Source: Penicillus capitatus
Lineage: Eukaryota > Plantae > Chlorophyta
Reading direction: 5' to 3'
DNA: 64,000 nucleotides
Assembly: GCA_965649825.1 (NCBI GenBank)
Contig: OZ287695.1
Location: 248,001 to 312,000, forward strand
The notes beneath the pieces were generated by a model, which did no database searches, had not been told where the DNA came from, and saw only the letters and a list, made by a program, of their open reading frames with translations. Made by a program: the position numbers and the translations under genes. Shown here piece by piece: positions 1 to 13,467 of the stretch (its first letter is position 1; each line of letters starts with the position of its first letter).

Positions 1-904
1 TGTGAGTTTTTCGGCAGCCAGCAGATGCGCTTGGACGACATTGCCCACATAGGTGAAGTCATAGATGTTCTCGCCGCTTCCAATCATGTACTGCACGACA
101 GCTGTCCACTGAGAGACCACCATCGACGTGTCCAGCCCTCACTTTCATTTTCCCCTGCTTGGCACGTTTGACCAACGTTGGTAGCAGCAAAGCATCTCCC
201 TCGCCGAAGATCGCGCTCGGTCTCAGAGCGCAGGTGGCTAGATGACCTCCACGACCGTTGGCAGCCAACACCATCTGCTCTCCAATTGCCTGCATCTCAC
301 ACTCCATCTTCAATTGATCCGTTTGATCTGCAGATGAGTGGCGGCGGTACTTTGGTGGACGTGTAGTGGTCGATGGGGGGAGAGGCATAGCCTAGCTCTT
401 CCTCGCTCTTGTCGAGGACGTCTGTTCCGTCGAAGGCGACCGATGCGCTGGAAGTGTAGATCAGTTTCTCCACCTGCTGCTGCACGCAGGCATCGATGAC
501 GTACTGCGTCCCGTCAATGTTCACACGTCGCATCAGATCCTCACTCAATGCATTCTCAGACGTCGGTGCCGCCGTGGCCACGTGAAACACGAGCTTGACA
601 CCTGACAGGGGCGCATTCGTGATAAGGAGCGGCAGAGTCGAGGCATCCAGCACCTTTGATGCCATTGGCCGCTTGCTCTGGCTGTGTCAGATCGCCCCGC
701 ACAAACGTCACATCATCTGGTAATGGATCACTCTGTTGTGGAGGATTGAGATCGAAGACAGTCACATCATAGCGTCCACTATCGACCAGCTCTTTCACCA
801 AACGTCTCCCCACGAAGCCACATCCACCTATCGACTGTCAGCAGAGGGCAATGTCGAGGAGCGAGAGAGTGACCTGTTACAAGGCACTTAGTTTTGGCCG
901 CCAT
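1..904 (-). CDS. NSDHL: 3-beta-hydroxysteroid dehydrogenase/decarboxylase (NSDHL/ERG26 family), multi-exon, 3' part runs off the window
   Basis: Hand-spliced start MAAKTKCLVT|GGCGFVGRRLVKELV (ATG 904, GT-AG intron after 874); ORF fragments carry VFHVAT, VNIDGTQYVIDAC, LIYTSSASV, HYTSTK (YxxxK) and CALRPSAIFGEGD, typical of extended SDR 3-beta-HSDs. Confidence 0.88.
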
Positions 905-1232
905 TCTGAGCCTCTGCCTGCTTCTGTGCTCTTTGACGCCGCGCGAGTTCTTTGTATTCGCGGAATTTCTTCCCCGAGACCTGCTTCGCCTCAGGGGGAT
1001 ACGTGACGTAGGGCCTCTGTGATATAGAGGTCAACACAAGCAGGATTCTCCTGCGATGGCTTACGCTCTTGACGATCCAATCCAGAGCTTCAGGCGACGA
1101 GACCAGAACCAAAGCAGAGATCGGGAGTGTCACGTATAACGCGAACTTGAACGCCTAGGAACACGACAATCGCCCGCGACAGAGAAGAGTCGACGGCATC
1201 CATACTTCCAGCGCAAAACCAGTGCGAGCCAT
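888..1232 (-). CDS. PET100: PET100-like cytochrome c oxidase assembly factor (81 aa, 3 exons: 1232-1206, 1154-1065, 1016-888)
   Basis: Two canonical GT-AG introns (51 and 48 nt) join MARTGFALE|AFKFALYVTLPISALVLVSSPEALDWIVKS|RPYVTYPPEAKQ...QN*; this matches the plant PET100-type pattern as I recall it (LE.xKF.xYVxxPI, single TM, R.YVxYP.E, basic tail). Confidence 0.75.
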
Positions 1233-1558
1233 GCGTTTGGATGCCGATGCATCAATGGACACATTAAAATGGCTTCTGACAGCGACAGGTGCATGACAGC
1301 CATATCGACATGCTGGCAATGATACGACGACGCGCGGAAAACGGATGCACCCTGTTCGATACATTAGCCTACGGTTGTTCTCTTCATACATCACTCTTTC
1401 AGCTGTTCGACTGGGCAATGAATGTTGCCTCGAAGCACGGTTTGCATCTCATGTGTGTAAGTCCGTTCAAACGCGTCGTACCACGTCGATAAAACCTTAC
1501 GAGGGCAGCGCGCCATCCATTTGAGCTTTTCTGCCGTTCGATTATCCGTTGCGATAAG

Positions 1559-3894
1559 ATGAGATACGCATGGTTCACCGCGCTGCTCTCGCTCTTCCTG
1601 ACAGCGCGCACGTGCACCGGCAGTTGGAGTAAGGCCATTACATCGGTGAACTTTTCGAAGACGGCGGATGCGCTGTGTATCCTAGATGCGGTCTGGCGCA
1701 ATACATCCGACGGCCGTCCACACCGAGACGTTCAGGTGTATCCCGCAGCCGTTTCTAAATGCCGATCCTTCATGCTCGGCCTGTTGTCACACAGGAATTC
1801 GAAACAGGCTTTCTGAATTCCCTTCTTCCTGACGTGCTCGACAAGATCGAGCGTGACCGAGTGGAATCTGCCGGTAATGCGATGACACCGAACATCGTGG
1901 TATGCACATTGCGTTCCAAAACGAAGCTTTTCAGAAATATGTGGTGGTAGGGAGGACACAAGGCCCCTGTTGGAAGATTCCCTTACATGTGTAGCATACG
2001 CAGTCGTGGAGACAGAAGGCACATGTGCGGCGGGACACTCATTCGATCGAAATGGGTTTTGACGGCAGCCCACTGTTTGGATAAAGATTATAAAACAGAC
2101 GGCGGCAACGCTGTCTGCTGCGGAATGCACAAGCGTTTTGCTTGCGATGGCGATAACGTAAGTGCAGAAGAGAACCGGGATTGGGTGACAGTGACAGAAT
2201 TGCCTCTGTGTCGTTAGCTGTTTATAGCGAAGAAGGTGTTCAAACATCACTATTGGACTGGAAATGTACTGGATGGGTTTGACGTCGGTTTGATAAAGCT
2301 CAATAAGAAGGCCAAGTTCAAACGTCCTTTTTTCGCCGAGAAGAGCATCGGTGTTGCACGTGGGACGTTTTTCACAGCGACAGGATGGGGAATCACGGAA
2401 GAGGGGAAGTCTTCTTCCGTTCTACGTTATGCCGATAGACTGATCTACATTCCAAGGAAGGACTGCCAGCGGATGTTGAGGGAGTCACCAGACGGGGACA
2501 AAGACATTACGATCAAAGATCACATGATCTGTGGAGGTCTCTACGAAATGGATACCTGTCAGGGTAAGATGCAGACCACGACCGTCACGATATCCGTCTC
2601 TGGATCTTCATCCATCAGAAGTGTGTTTCTTTAGGTGACCCAGGAGGACCGCTGCTATTCGCAGACACACCTCGGGGTGCTGTCGCCGACGGAAAACCCG
2701 AGCTGGACTATCTTCTTGGTATCACTTCCTTCGGGTCAGAAAACTGCAACGCCGAAGTACCGGCAGTGTATATGAACGTAACATTCTTCTGGAACTGGGT
2801 AAGTGGAGCGATAGCAGGAAAGATAGAGGCAAAGATACCCGAACCAGAGCTGGAGGATGAGATAAGAATCGAAATAGAAGACATGATACAGCCAACAAAG
2901 GCAGAGCGGGAGCCGGTGAAGGAAACGCCGCATGTAAGTGACACGTTCCGCATTGCATTCGGTTGTGTCTCATTTCGTCTGATCTTTCCGTTATCGACGT
3001 CGCCTTCATCCGAATTGGACTCGTTTCATCGATCCCGGCTGTCTTTTCTCAAGTCTGCCACGGACGTCGAGTCTCTCCATTGCTGTTCGTATTGTGACGC
3101 TTCTCTCGTGTCTTTAGGCTGTCATACTCGAAGGAACACGTGAGGTGAGATCAACCAGTCGACAGTTGAATCGTCTCGATTCTGTGCAAGCAGGATATGA
3201 TCGAAGCCATCGAAGAAGACGATGATGATAAGGCCAAACGTCTTTTGGAAGACGACTTCTCCGTAAACACCATTTTCGATCCGGTGGATGAAGACGCAGT
3301 CCTTCTTCTGTCCAAACACTCGTCGCTGCTTCACTGGGCAGTGGCACTGAACGCGCTCGAGTGTTTGAAGGTGGGAAGCAGTTGATGCGGATCAGATACT
3401 GTCATCGACTCTCTTTTGCCGTCTTTCAATATTTCGCTGTCGCTGCGTAGGCTTTGCTAAACTACGGTGCTGACGTCAATCTGTTGAGCGACGATGGCAG
3501 GACGGCACTAAACCTGGCTTCCGCAACAGGGAACGTCGATGCCGTCAAGGTCAACTTCGCTACAGCTTCTCGAGACAGATAGGAACGTGATCTGTGTTCA
3601 GGTCCTTGTCGAGAACGCGGCAGATCCGAATACGGCCGACAGTGAAGGCAACACACCGTTGCACTGGGCTGCCTATCGCGGAGACCTTTCTTCGGCCGAA
3701 GTAAAAAGCATCGCGCAAAGAAGCAGACGCGAGAGTCGACGGATTTTCAGGTTTTCGTCGAAATCGGAGTTGACAAAACGGTGAAGAACACAGACGGGAA
3801 GTCGCCTGCAGAAATCTGCTGCCAAAGTGAACAGGCAAGCTGCGACGAAGCAACGAAGACAGCTCTCGAAAAGTTGTTGTCTCCCGACGGATAA
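1559..3894 (+). CDS. Secreted trypsin-like (S1A) protease homologue with catalytic Ser replaced by Pro, probably fused to C-terminal ankyrin repeats; multi-exon
   Basis: Signal peptide [14 protein letters not shown]; NIV|GG; [17 protein letters not shown]; FDVGLIKL; TCQG|DPGGPL; PAVYMNV; then ankyrin motifs [39 protein letters not shown]; stop TAA 3892-3894. The fusion depends on splices 2934-3117 and one near 3145-3193. Confidence 0.75.
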
Positions 3895-5095
3895 CGCCTC
3901 TCTCTTACGCATTCGCATCGAATGCTGCTATTCATTCGTCCGCACGTTGCCGAGGCACTGAGATTACAAAGCGCGATTCCCAAACAAGGCAGCAGAACCG
4001 TTCTGTGTATTCTCTAAATGAATTGACTTCGTCGTGGACTTATAGAACGTTCAAAAAGCACGCTTCTCGTTGGATGGGCAGTTTACGCTACTTAGAAAGC
4101 AACTTACGGTTGTTCCGGATCCTGCGGCGGAGTTTTAAAGTTCCCACCGATGAAGATCCCCGAGTGAGCTTCGAAGGGACATAATCTTATACATGTCGCG
4201 CAGCTTTTTAAGACTTCCTCCCACCCCTGCTCTTCGCGAGGCGCCAGTCATCGATCGCACTGCGTTCTCGTTGAGGTGACGTGCGTTCGATGCGACTGCT
4301 GTATTGCATTTGCCGTAGTCGCCGATCCATCGCCGACCTTTATTAGCACAGGCAGCAGCTCCTTTCGCTGAGCTCGACACCTTTCGTTCAAAATGCATAC
4401 ATAAGCAAGTATGGACAACCTTAAGTCTATCTCCGTCGTAAAGACGGAAACGTGTTCGTTATCGCACCCAGTCGAGCCCTTTGCGAAAAACAGTCAAAGA
4501 GAGCACGGAATTTGACAAGATCCAAAATGATTGCTCTGTGGCGTCGATGCGATGTATCCGCCAGCGATAACATTCGACGAGATGCTCAGACGAACGATGT
4601 GCAGGGCGCAAGCAGATCCTGTTGTCTGCTGACTCTGTTCGACACTGCCAAAAGGACACGTGACGTTTGTGCTCTTCCTGCCTGGTGCGCTTTGTCTTTG
4701 ATACCACAGATTAAAGTCCGTGTTGCTCCTGTGTGACAGGCGCTTGTGGTGCGTTTGGAAGAAGGACAGACGACGGGGCAGGGTGATTGACTGCGGTAGC
4801 ACAGCACGACTGTGTCTGGGATGCACGCAGTTGCTGATCTTTACATCTCTGTGCTAGATATCTGCCGTCACGTCAGTTAGATCGCGCGATGTCTCAGCAG
4901 TGGTTGCTTCGTGGAAAACGACGCCTCGACCGACTTCAGTGGCCCTCGTTTCTGGCAACGCAGACTGGATGCATCTCTTGGTGACAGCGTGATGCGCCTG
5001 TCTTGTCATTCGCCGCATCTCGCTGTCAATAATGATTCTTGTTGAACGAAACGATCATTCTGCGACGTTCTCTTTCAGACTTTCTCGTTCTCACG

Positions 5096-8000
5096 ATGCG
5101 ACGAACTCTTTCTCGTTTCAAGCTCTGTCTCCTCTGCTGCGCGTTCGCGCAAGGAGTGGGACTACTGTCCGCAGTTCAAAGCGCGCTGCCGGCTCCATCA
5201 AATGCGGCTTCTGCAAACGAAGGTTTCTAAACCCTGACTTCACTGCACCTTCTCAATCGGCACTGTTTGCTGTTCTAGGCAGGATGGACGACAAACCACC
5301 ACTCAGGCTGTCAAAGAAACCGGCAGCTTTCTCCGTCGACCTTATTCAAAACGTAATTCGAATTCGAATCCCGCCGTTCGGCAGTGGAGCTCTGACTATC
5401 TTGCCTTTTGTCCGTAGCTGGTAAACGAGGCGCGCACCCCGTCTCAGTCCAACGCGTCCGGGCGTGAAACCGTTACAGGTTCGGATGTTTCTACCGTCGC
5501 GTTGAACGCCGATTTCTGATGACGTTCCGACGTGGTAGGTGTCAACTGTGAGCTGCCACAAGAGCTCAAAGAAAGATATACGACGGCCGACGGTGTGACG
5601 TGGCTTGTCAACAGCACTCTTCTTGAAGAAGTGGACAGCAACCTCCAAATGATTATCAACTGCACCAAAGAAGGCGATGTTCTGGCGTTCAGCACGACAG
5701 ACGTCGTGCGTCCATCGTCGATCATCATCATTCCTTGGCAACTGACCCTCAGCGCCCAAGTCAAAGGCACCGACGCTGACGACGGCGTCTACCCTAACCG
5801 AAAAACAAAGACAATACTCAATTGTCCTCACAAAAACTCAGGACTCTTTCTTGTCAAGTAAGAAAGACCTTGACGAGTGTGATGGTCATTTTCTATTCGC
5901 TTGTAGATCTATGAACGTTACTTTTGTTGATCTTGTCATTGAGAAGTGTACATTCGACGGCACAGATGCAGCCCAAGCGGTCATTGAAGTTGCAGCATGT
6001 CATTCCCAAGACACCTACGGCCTCGTAGCTTTGCACCGTGTCGTCTTTCGAAAGAACAACCTAACTGCAGCTTCTGGACTTCGGATGTCTTCTTCATCCT
6101 GTTCTGAACTTGAGATGGTCGAAGTGGAGATATCGGAGAACGTCTGCTCGGGCGATGCCTGCGGAGTTCATCTAGCAAAGAAGAACCGATTGGAAAACTG
6201 CGTCGCTTTCGGAAACAAAATGGCTGAAACCAGAGCACCGCAGTCGTCTTTGCTGTTTGGCCCTGCTTCGTCCAATACCACGATCCAGGGATTCGCGCTT
6301 CGCGAAAACATGATCAGCGGCGTCAAAATACAAGACGGCTCCCTTACAGTGTCAAATGCCTCGTTCGAACAGAACTTTCGAGATTCGTATATATCCGAGG
6401 AGATAGAAACGCATTGCGTTCACTTGGTTAAGTCGACTGGCCGACTAGAAGAATGCACCTTCGTTGCAAATGAAGGCCACAGAGGAATAGGAATATATGC
6501 CAAAGCGTCGAGAATTTCCGTTTTCAGCTCTGTTTTCAATGATAATGTCGGCTATGAGGATGGTATCTGCGTCTACTTAGAAGATTCAGAGGCAGAGTTT
6601 AAGCGCACAAGCGTGACAGGCAATGAAGCACAAGGGCAAGGAGGATTCGTGTCGGCGTTAAGATCCAGAGTGAAGCTGGACGAGACGCGGGCGGCTAATA
6701 ACTCCGCAAAGTACGGCGGATTTATGAGTGCTCATAATTCAAACGTGACACTCGAGCGCACGAACTCGACAGCCAACACTGCTGAGTACGGAGGATTCAT
6801 GTCGGCGTTAAGATCCAGAGTGAAGCTGGACAAGACGCAGGCGGCCAAACACTCCGCAACGTGGGGCGGATTTATACGTGCTCGTAAATCAAACGTGACG
6901 CTTGGGCGCACGAACTCGACAGCCAACACTGCTGAGTACGGAGGATTCATGTCGGCGTTAAGATCCAGAGTGAAGGTGGACGACACGAAGGTGGTTGGCA
7001 ACGACGCGAAAGAAGGCGGATTTATGCTTGCTCAAGAATCAAACGTGACGTTCAAGCGCACAAACTCCACAGATAATAGTGCCGAAAACGGAGGATTCCT
7101 GTCGGCGTTAATCTGCACAGTGAAGCTGGCCGACACAAAGGCGGCTAATAACTCTGCGACGTGGGGCGGATTTATGCGCGCCCAATATTCAAACGTGACG
7201 CTCGGGCGCACGAAATCGACAGCCGACACTGCTGAGTACGGAGGATTCCTGTCGGCGTTGAGCTGCATAGTGAAGCTGGACGACACGAATGCGGCCGAAG
7301 ACTCCGCAACGTGGGGCGGATTTATGCGTGCTCAAGATTCCAACGTGACGCTCGGGCGCACGAAATCGACAGCCAACACTGCTGAGTACGGAGGATTCCT
7401 GTCGGCGTTGAGCTGCATAGTGAAGCTGGACGACACGAAGGTGGTTGGCAACAGCGCGAAAGAAGGCGGATTTATGAACGCACAAGATTCAAACGTGACG
7501 CTCGAGCACACGAATGCAACCGCCAACAGTGCACAGGAGTATGGCGGGTTCATGTTGGCGATGAACTCGACAGTGAAGCTCGACGAGACGACCGCGTACA
7601 ACAACCATGCAACGTGGGGCGGATTCTTGCTTGCTAAAGAATCGAACGTGATACTCGAGCGCACAAACTCGACAGATAATAGTGCTGAAAACGGAGGATT
7701 CGTGTTGCTGTTAAACTCAATGGCGAAGCTCGAGCACACGACTGAGACCGCCAACAGTGCACAGAAGTATGGCGGGTTCATGTTGGCGTTGAGCTCGACT
7801 GTGAAGCTCGACGAGACGATGGCCACCAACAACAGTGCGGAGCAAGGTGGATTCATGAACGCACAAAAATCGAATGCGACGCTCGAGCGCACAACCGTGA
7901 AAGGCAACCGTGCTCAGAAGGATGGTGGTTTCATGTTTGCGTTTAAATCGACAGTAAAGCTCGACGAGACGATCGCCGCCAACAACAGTGCGGAGCAAGG

Positions 8001-11000
8001 TGGATTCATGAACGCACAAGAATCAAATGTGACGCTGGAGCGCACGACTGCAACCGCCAACAGTGTTCAGAAAGATGGCGGTTTCGTGTTTGCTTTCAAC
8101 TCGACTGTGGAGCTGAGCGAGACGAACGCAACCAGTAACAGCGCACAGCAAGGTGGATTCATGCAAGTTATAGAATCGACTGTGACGCTGGAGCGCACGA
8201 CTGCGACGGCCAACAGTGCCCAGAAGGATGGCGGTTTCATGTTTGCGTTGAACTCGACTGTGAAGCTCGACGAGATAGCCGCCGCCAGTAACAGCGCAAC
8301 AGAGTGCGGAGGATTCATGGACACCAAAGGATCAATTGTGACGCTGGAGCGCACGACTGCAACCGCCAACAGTGTTCAGAAAGATGGCGGTTTCGTGTTT
8401 GCTTTCAACTCGACTGTGAAGCTGAGGGAGACGAACGCGACCAGTAACAGCGCAAAGCAAGGCGGATTCATGCAAGTCGAGGAATCAAATGTGACACTGG
8501 AGCGCACGACTGCGACGGCCAACAGTGCTGAGAAGGATGGTGGTTTCATGTTTGCGTTAAACTCGACTGTGAAGCTCGACGAGATGGCCGCCGCCAGAAA
8601 CAGTGCAACAGAGTGCGGAGGATTCATGCGTCTGGCGAACTCGACAGTAACAATAGAGCGCACCACCACAGACGACAGTATGTCTAAGTATGGAAGTTTC
8701 GTCTGGGCACGGAATTCGAGTCTGCACATCTCGCAGTCACAATTACTTCGTAGCTCTGCTAAAATCTATGGTGGTTTTGCCGTTGCAATCGAAGACAGTT
8801 CGATCTTCATCATCGACTCTACGGTTAAACGAGCAAAGTCCAGAAACGGTGGAGCAATCTGGTTGGAGAAGTCTCACTTGAGAGCGCTCAATTTGTCTAT
8901 TCTTCATTGCGAAGCAGACGAAAGCGGCGGCGGTGTGTATAGCATTGGGTCATCAACCGTCGTCTGTTCGGACTGTAAGCTCAACAACAACTTGGCAAAA
9001 CGAGGTAAAGGCGGCGCAATTTTCTTTGAAGCTGAGTCGGAGCAGAATCTACCCTTACAGATGGTTCAAAGCCGCGTCGAGAACAACGTGGCCAAGACGG
9101 GAGGTAGGCACCGACTCTCTTTGTAAGTGCGACTGTCGACGATACGTGTTTCAGGTGGACTCTTCTTCGTCTGTGGCAAAAGAAAAGAAGAATGCCTTGC
9201 CAACAGCACCGACTGTCCAATCATGGCTTTGACAGAAACGCAGTTCTCAAGCAATGCAGCCAGCATCGCGGGCGGCGCGGTCTTCACTGGATATGTAGAA
9301 GCCATCCGCTTTCGTTGCACCAACGTTTTGTCAGACGCTGCATCAGACTTCTACAAGGAGCAAGAGTGGGAAGACCTGAGACAGATCGAATCGGTCAAGG
9401 ATATCTGCTCATCGTGGAAAGGCAATCAAGCCGAGGTTTACGGACCTAACATCGGCACATATGCTACAGCCGCACAGATAACGTTCAATAAAACGGACAA
9501 GTCTATCTGCGTGAGCGGAGGAGAGAGCTGTGTAATAGAGCGATACTGGGTTGGCACAGACCTGCCGGCGGCTAAGGTGGAGCTACTCGATGGACTGGGG
9601 CAAAGAACTCCAAGAATCGACCGCATGATCAACGCCAACATGTCTTCGCTCAATAACCAGTTTTTGCTCGGGTCGATTATTCGGCCGATGGAGAATGGAT
9701 CGTACACTTTTCGATCCATCAGAGGATTCATACCTCCGGGAGAGTACAACTTAACCGTCGAATTTGACAGAAAGGCGATCAAGGCCATTGGGATTACCAT
9801 AAGAGTGCACGACTGTTCCGTCGGCGAAATGGTATCGACTGCTGGATTTTGCGAGAGCTGCAGCAGCACGACATACAACTTTGAACTTTCAGCGACCGAT
9901 TGTCATACCTGTCCCGAGAATGGGAACTGCGATTCTCGAGTGATTACACCAGAAGACGGTTACTGGCAGAAGACGCCGTGCTCAGATCAACTTCGCAGAT
10001 GTCTGCCGACCTCCGCCTGTGAGTTTCAAGGCCGCTCCGAGAACTTGAAGACCATGGTTAAAGATGTCTCGAGCTGTGCTTTCGAGGAAGACTGGATCGA
10101 GAATTACACCCAAGCTCAGTGTGCCGAAGTAAGCTGCATCCATGACTCTTCAACGATTTGAATAAACTCTCTTTGAAAAGGGTCACACGGGCCCACTCTG
10201 TGGATCCTGTCAAGAAGACTTCGGGCATGGTCTGTCTTCAAAATGCAACAGGTGCTTGAAGGGGTTCCTCAATGTGGCCTACATTCTGTTGTCGATGGCC
10301 TGTCTCTTGGGATTGACGGCCATCACGATCCACGGCACGATCAGCGTTCTTCGCGGAGAAACCGCACAGACGCATGAGCAGAGCGCGCCGTCTTCGTCGG
10401 CGGCAGTGATCGAATCGCCGCGCCTCGGGACGGAGGTTGGCACAAAACGGCATCGTCGCATCGACCGAATGCATGCGTTGTAGGTCGAAGTCGTCGGAGT
10501 GCCCGCCTCTGAAGAAACTCTGGCAAAGTGGAAGGCAGTCGAAATGTTTAAGGTCCAAGTCAGCGGTTCGTTTTTCTCTCACGGAACGCGTCGTTATGTA
10601 GATCACTCTAAGCTACGTCCAAACGACTGTCCTGCTGGCCTCCATTGATGTGGGATGGGCGATTCCTGTGGTCATTATGGCGGCCGTGGCAGGTGAGACT
10701 AAAATCTCGCGAGTTTCCGCGTCTCGACTGTTGCTGTACTGCTGCCAGAATTGTTCGGCGGTCTTGCGTCCGAAGGCATTCGACGCTCCGTCGTGTGTCT
10801 GACATCAAAAGACATATCTTTGCATCCAACAGCTTTGGCACTGGTTGTCAGCGTGTGCGTCATCCCCTGCGCCGTGCTTCTCTGTTGGATCGTGTTCTGG
10901 GCGGCAAAGTCAACGAGATCCGGAAGCGACAGACTTCACCGCTACTTTTCGAAGAGATGCTTGCTCTCGGCGATGGTCATATGGTATGTCACTCTCGTGC

Positions 11001-11821
11001 CGGTGCTAAAGACCGCTCTGAGCGTCTTCCTCTGCGTCAACGTGCACGACGCAGCAGACTTCGCGGAGGTCGACGCGACGCGCATGTACTGGGCAGTCGA
11101 CACAGGGATGAGATGCTACGAAGGAGACCACTGGAAACTTCTCTACGGACTGGTCGTTGCTTTTGTGTGTCCAGTGTACGGCGGACTTCTCACCCTCTTC
11201 GTCGTCATCCTCAAGAGCCCACCCCAGCACCTCGCCCATAAGCGCAGCTGGTCGTACCAGACGACGGGATTCCTTTACCGCTCTTACCGAATGGATCGTC
11301 GTCGATACTGGGAAGTCGCCATCATCCTGAGGAAGGCGACTATTGCCTTTTTTGTGTTCTGTGCCCATCTGTTCGACAGCGGAGTGCCGATCACCGGCGT
11401 CGCGTACATCATTATGCTGGCTATCGTCGCTCAGATTCTGGCGATGCCGTTCCGAGAGGACTTCAAAGACCTCAACAGAATGGAACTGGCATCTCTTTTC
11501 GTCTCAGTTGCAACGACGTTGGCAGCTTCCATGCTCAAAGACGAGACCTATCCAGAAAACCTCACTCGTGAGCTGCTCACAGTCGCATGCGCTTTGCTGA
11601 ATGTTATCACGTTTTGCGTTTTCGTTTTTTACATTCTTAAGTTTGCAGCTGAGTATCTGAAACATGTGTTGAGGGAGCGAGGCCATCAGCTTGCTCCCGG
11701 AGCTGGCATGTTCCGCGTTCTGGCGCACTGGATTAGCGACAAGACCGGACGTCTGATTGGCAAGATATGTCCGACATCTGAAGACCCTGAGATTGTCGAG
11801 CAATCGCTTGGCGAAGCCTAA
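5096..11821 (+). CDS. Large cell-surface protein: signal peptide, Pmp/pectin-lyase-like beta-helix repeats, Cys-rich (GCC2/3-like) stalk, multi-pass TRP-like membrane domain
   Basis: Signal-like MRRTLSRFKLCLLCCAFAQG; long exon with GGF/GGA..N repeats; CESCSSTTYNF, CHTCPENGNC, GYWQKTP, CLPTSAC Cys motifs; C-terminal exon 10751-11821 with several hydrophobic helices and GFLYRSY...YWEVAIILRK. 5' exon structure approximate. Confidence 0.8.
6637..8700 (+). repeat. Coding tandem array of about 27 units of 25-26 aa (75-78 nt), alternating A/B types
   Basis: Units such as GGFMSALRSRVKLDETRAANNSAKY and GGFMSAHNSNVTLERTNSTANTAEY, counted from the 1091-aa ORF. Confidence 0.92.
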
Positions 11822-13467
11822 ACGAATCGACTTCCAATGGCAAGAAAGGTTTTTTTTGTTTTCCAAGCTGAGCTCCTAAACGGGCTCAATATTCTAAGCT
11901 GTGACGGGACTTTTCTTCTTTTCTTTCCTGAAAAGAGTGACCTGCATCTTTGCACCTTATAGAGTGAGCAACACGCTTCTCTGCGACAAATTGTAAGTAT
12001 GTGACGTGACGAAAACGCCGCGCCGCTCGGCTCACTAAGCATAATCGAATGAAAGTAACTTCAATAGCGCTGCCGTCATCGATATTGCATCCAGGCGACT
12101 TTATCCGACAGAAGCTCTACACATTCTTGTGCGAATCAGGTTTCTGTAGAAACATTTGACACGTGCCAGAAACATCAAGTCATATCATCACCGTATGAAC
12201 ACGGCAACAGCTTAAAGTCATTGTTAACGAGGTAAAGTTGCGCTCTACCTTTGCATCTCGTTTCCGTTACTTTCCTCAACTGCTTCTTCGAGTAGCGATT
12301 CCTTTTAGCCAAATTCAAGTAGGCTAGACCACCAGACACCCCTGCCGCATCCAACATGTCAAACAGAGTACTGAGTGGAGGCGTAGAGTAAGAGAGGATG
12401 TGATGCGTGACTAAGAAAAGACTGTGAACCTTCTGCCTCTGGCATGGAAGGAACATCACGTTGTGGATGCTCCTCTTCGCCAGAGATAAACTCTTTCTCG
12501 CGAATCTATCATCGTCCTGCCATTCTTTTACGCAGAGTAGGCTTTTGCCCAAGTCTTCTTAAAGTAAGAACATGAGAGAGTAAGAAAGGCTCGGAACGAA
12601 GTAGAAAACGACGAAGATCATCAAAACGAGTTTCAGAAAGACGACGGATTGTGGTTCTTTTGAAAATTCAGACTATATTCACTTTCGTCTGTCTTCGTTG
12701 TACATTTACGAGAGGCGGCCGAAACTAGAATTACTTAAGTTTCCGAAATCACGTACCTCGAAGGTGAAAGCGACGTCTACGGTCACGAAAACATATATCT
12801 CTCAATGCAGACGTCGGCTACCATTACGGACCTGGGAGTTGATGGCGTGCAAAGCACACTCGTCGCCTTCTTTCACCGACATCCTGTATCTCAAAGACTA
12901 TGTTGTTATATTTCCACAGAAGAGCACGAAACTCATCAGACAGTAGAGGGCTCAGATCTCTTGTTGTGCGCTAGAACTGATGACGAGAGATTTGTAGGTT
13001 GTGCGTTGCTGGCAATACAGTGCTTTTTATCGAGTGGACGCCGCGCGAGACACTTTCTGCTAAGATATGTGCAAGATTCCTCAAATCTCCTTCCCTTTAA
13101 AACTCAAGTCATTACTCGACACATGCCAACTCCCGAAAGGTATTATGTCGTTAATGTCTTGGCGTCCGACCGCACATAACCTTCGTTGTGTCGCACGGGT
13201 AATAAATGGTACCTCGAATATCCGAAACGATAAAGTTCATCAAACCCATGATAAAACACGCCAAGCGAACCGTCCACTACAGCTTGAAAACACAAAAAGA
13301 AAGACGAATAAGTGCTTTGTTGTTCTTAACACCGAAAACAGATATGAACGAGCAGGTGATGCTTCTGTCATGGAAAGCTTAAGAAAGTAACTCGTAGCCG
13401 ACATGAGATCGTGTTTTCATTAGATACTTAAAAATTAACGGCCTCAGAAACATGTGCTTTTTCTGAC

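Noticed and set aside
4000-5030. Short ORFs between the ankyrin gene and the Pmp-like gene
   Set aside because: No recognisable motif and no consistent spliced model.
11900-13450. AT-richer region with short ORFs (e.g. 12175-12552)
   Set aside because: No recognisable domain, terminal repeats or TSD; treated as intergenic.
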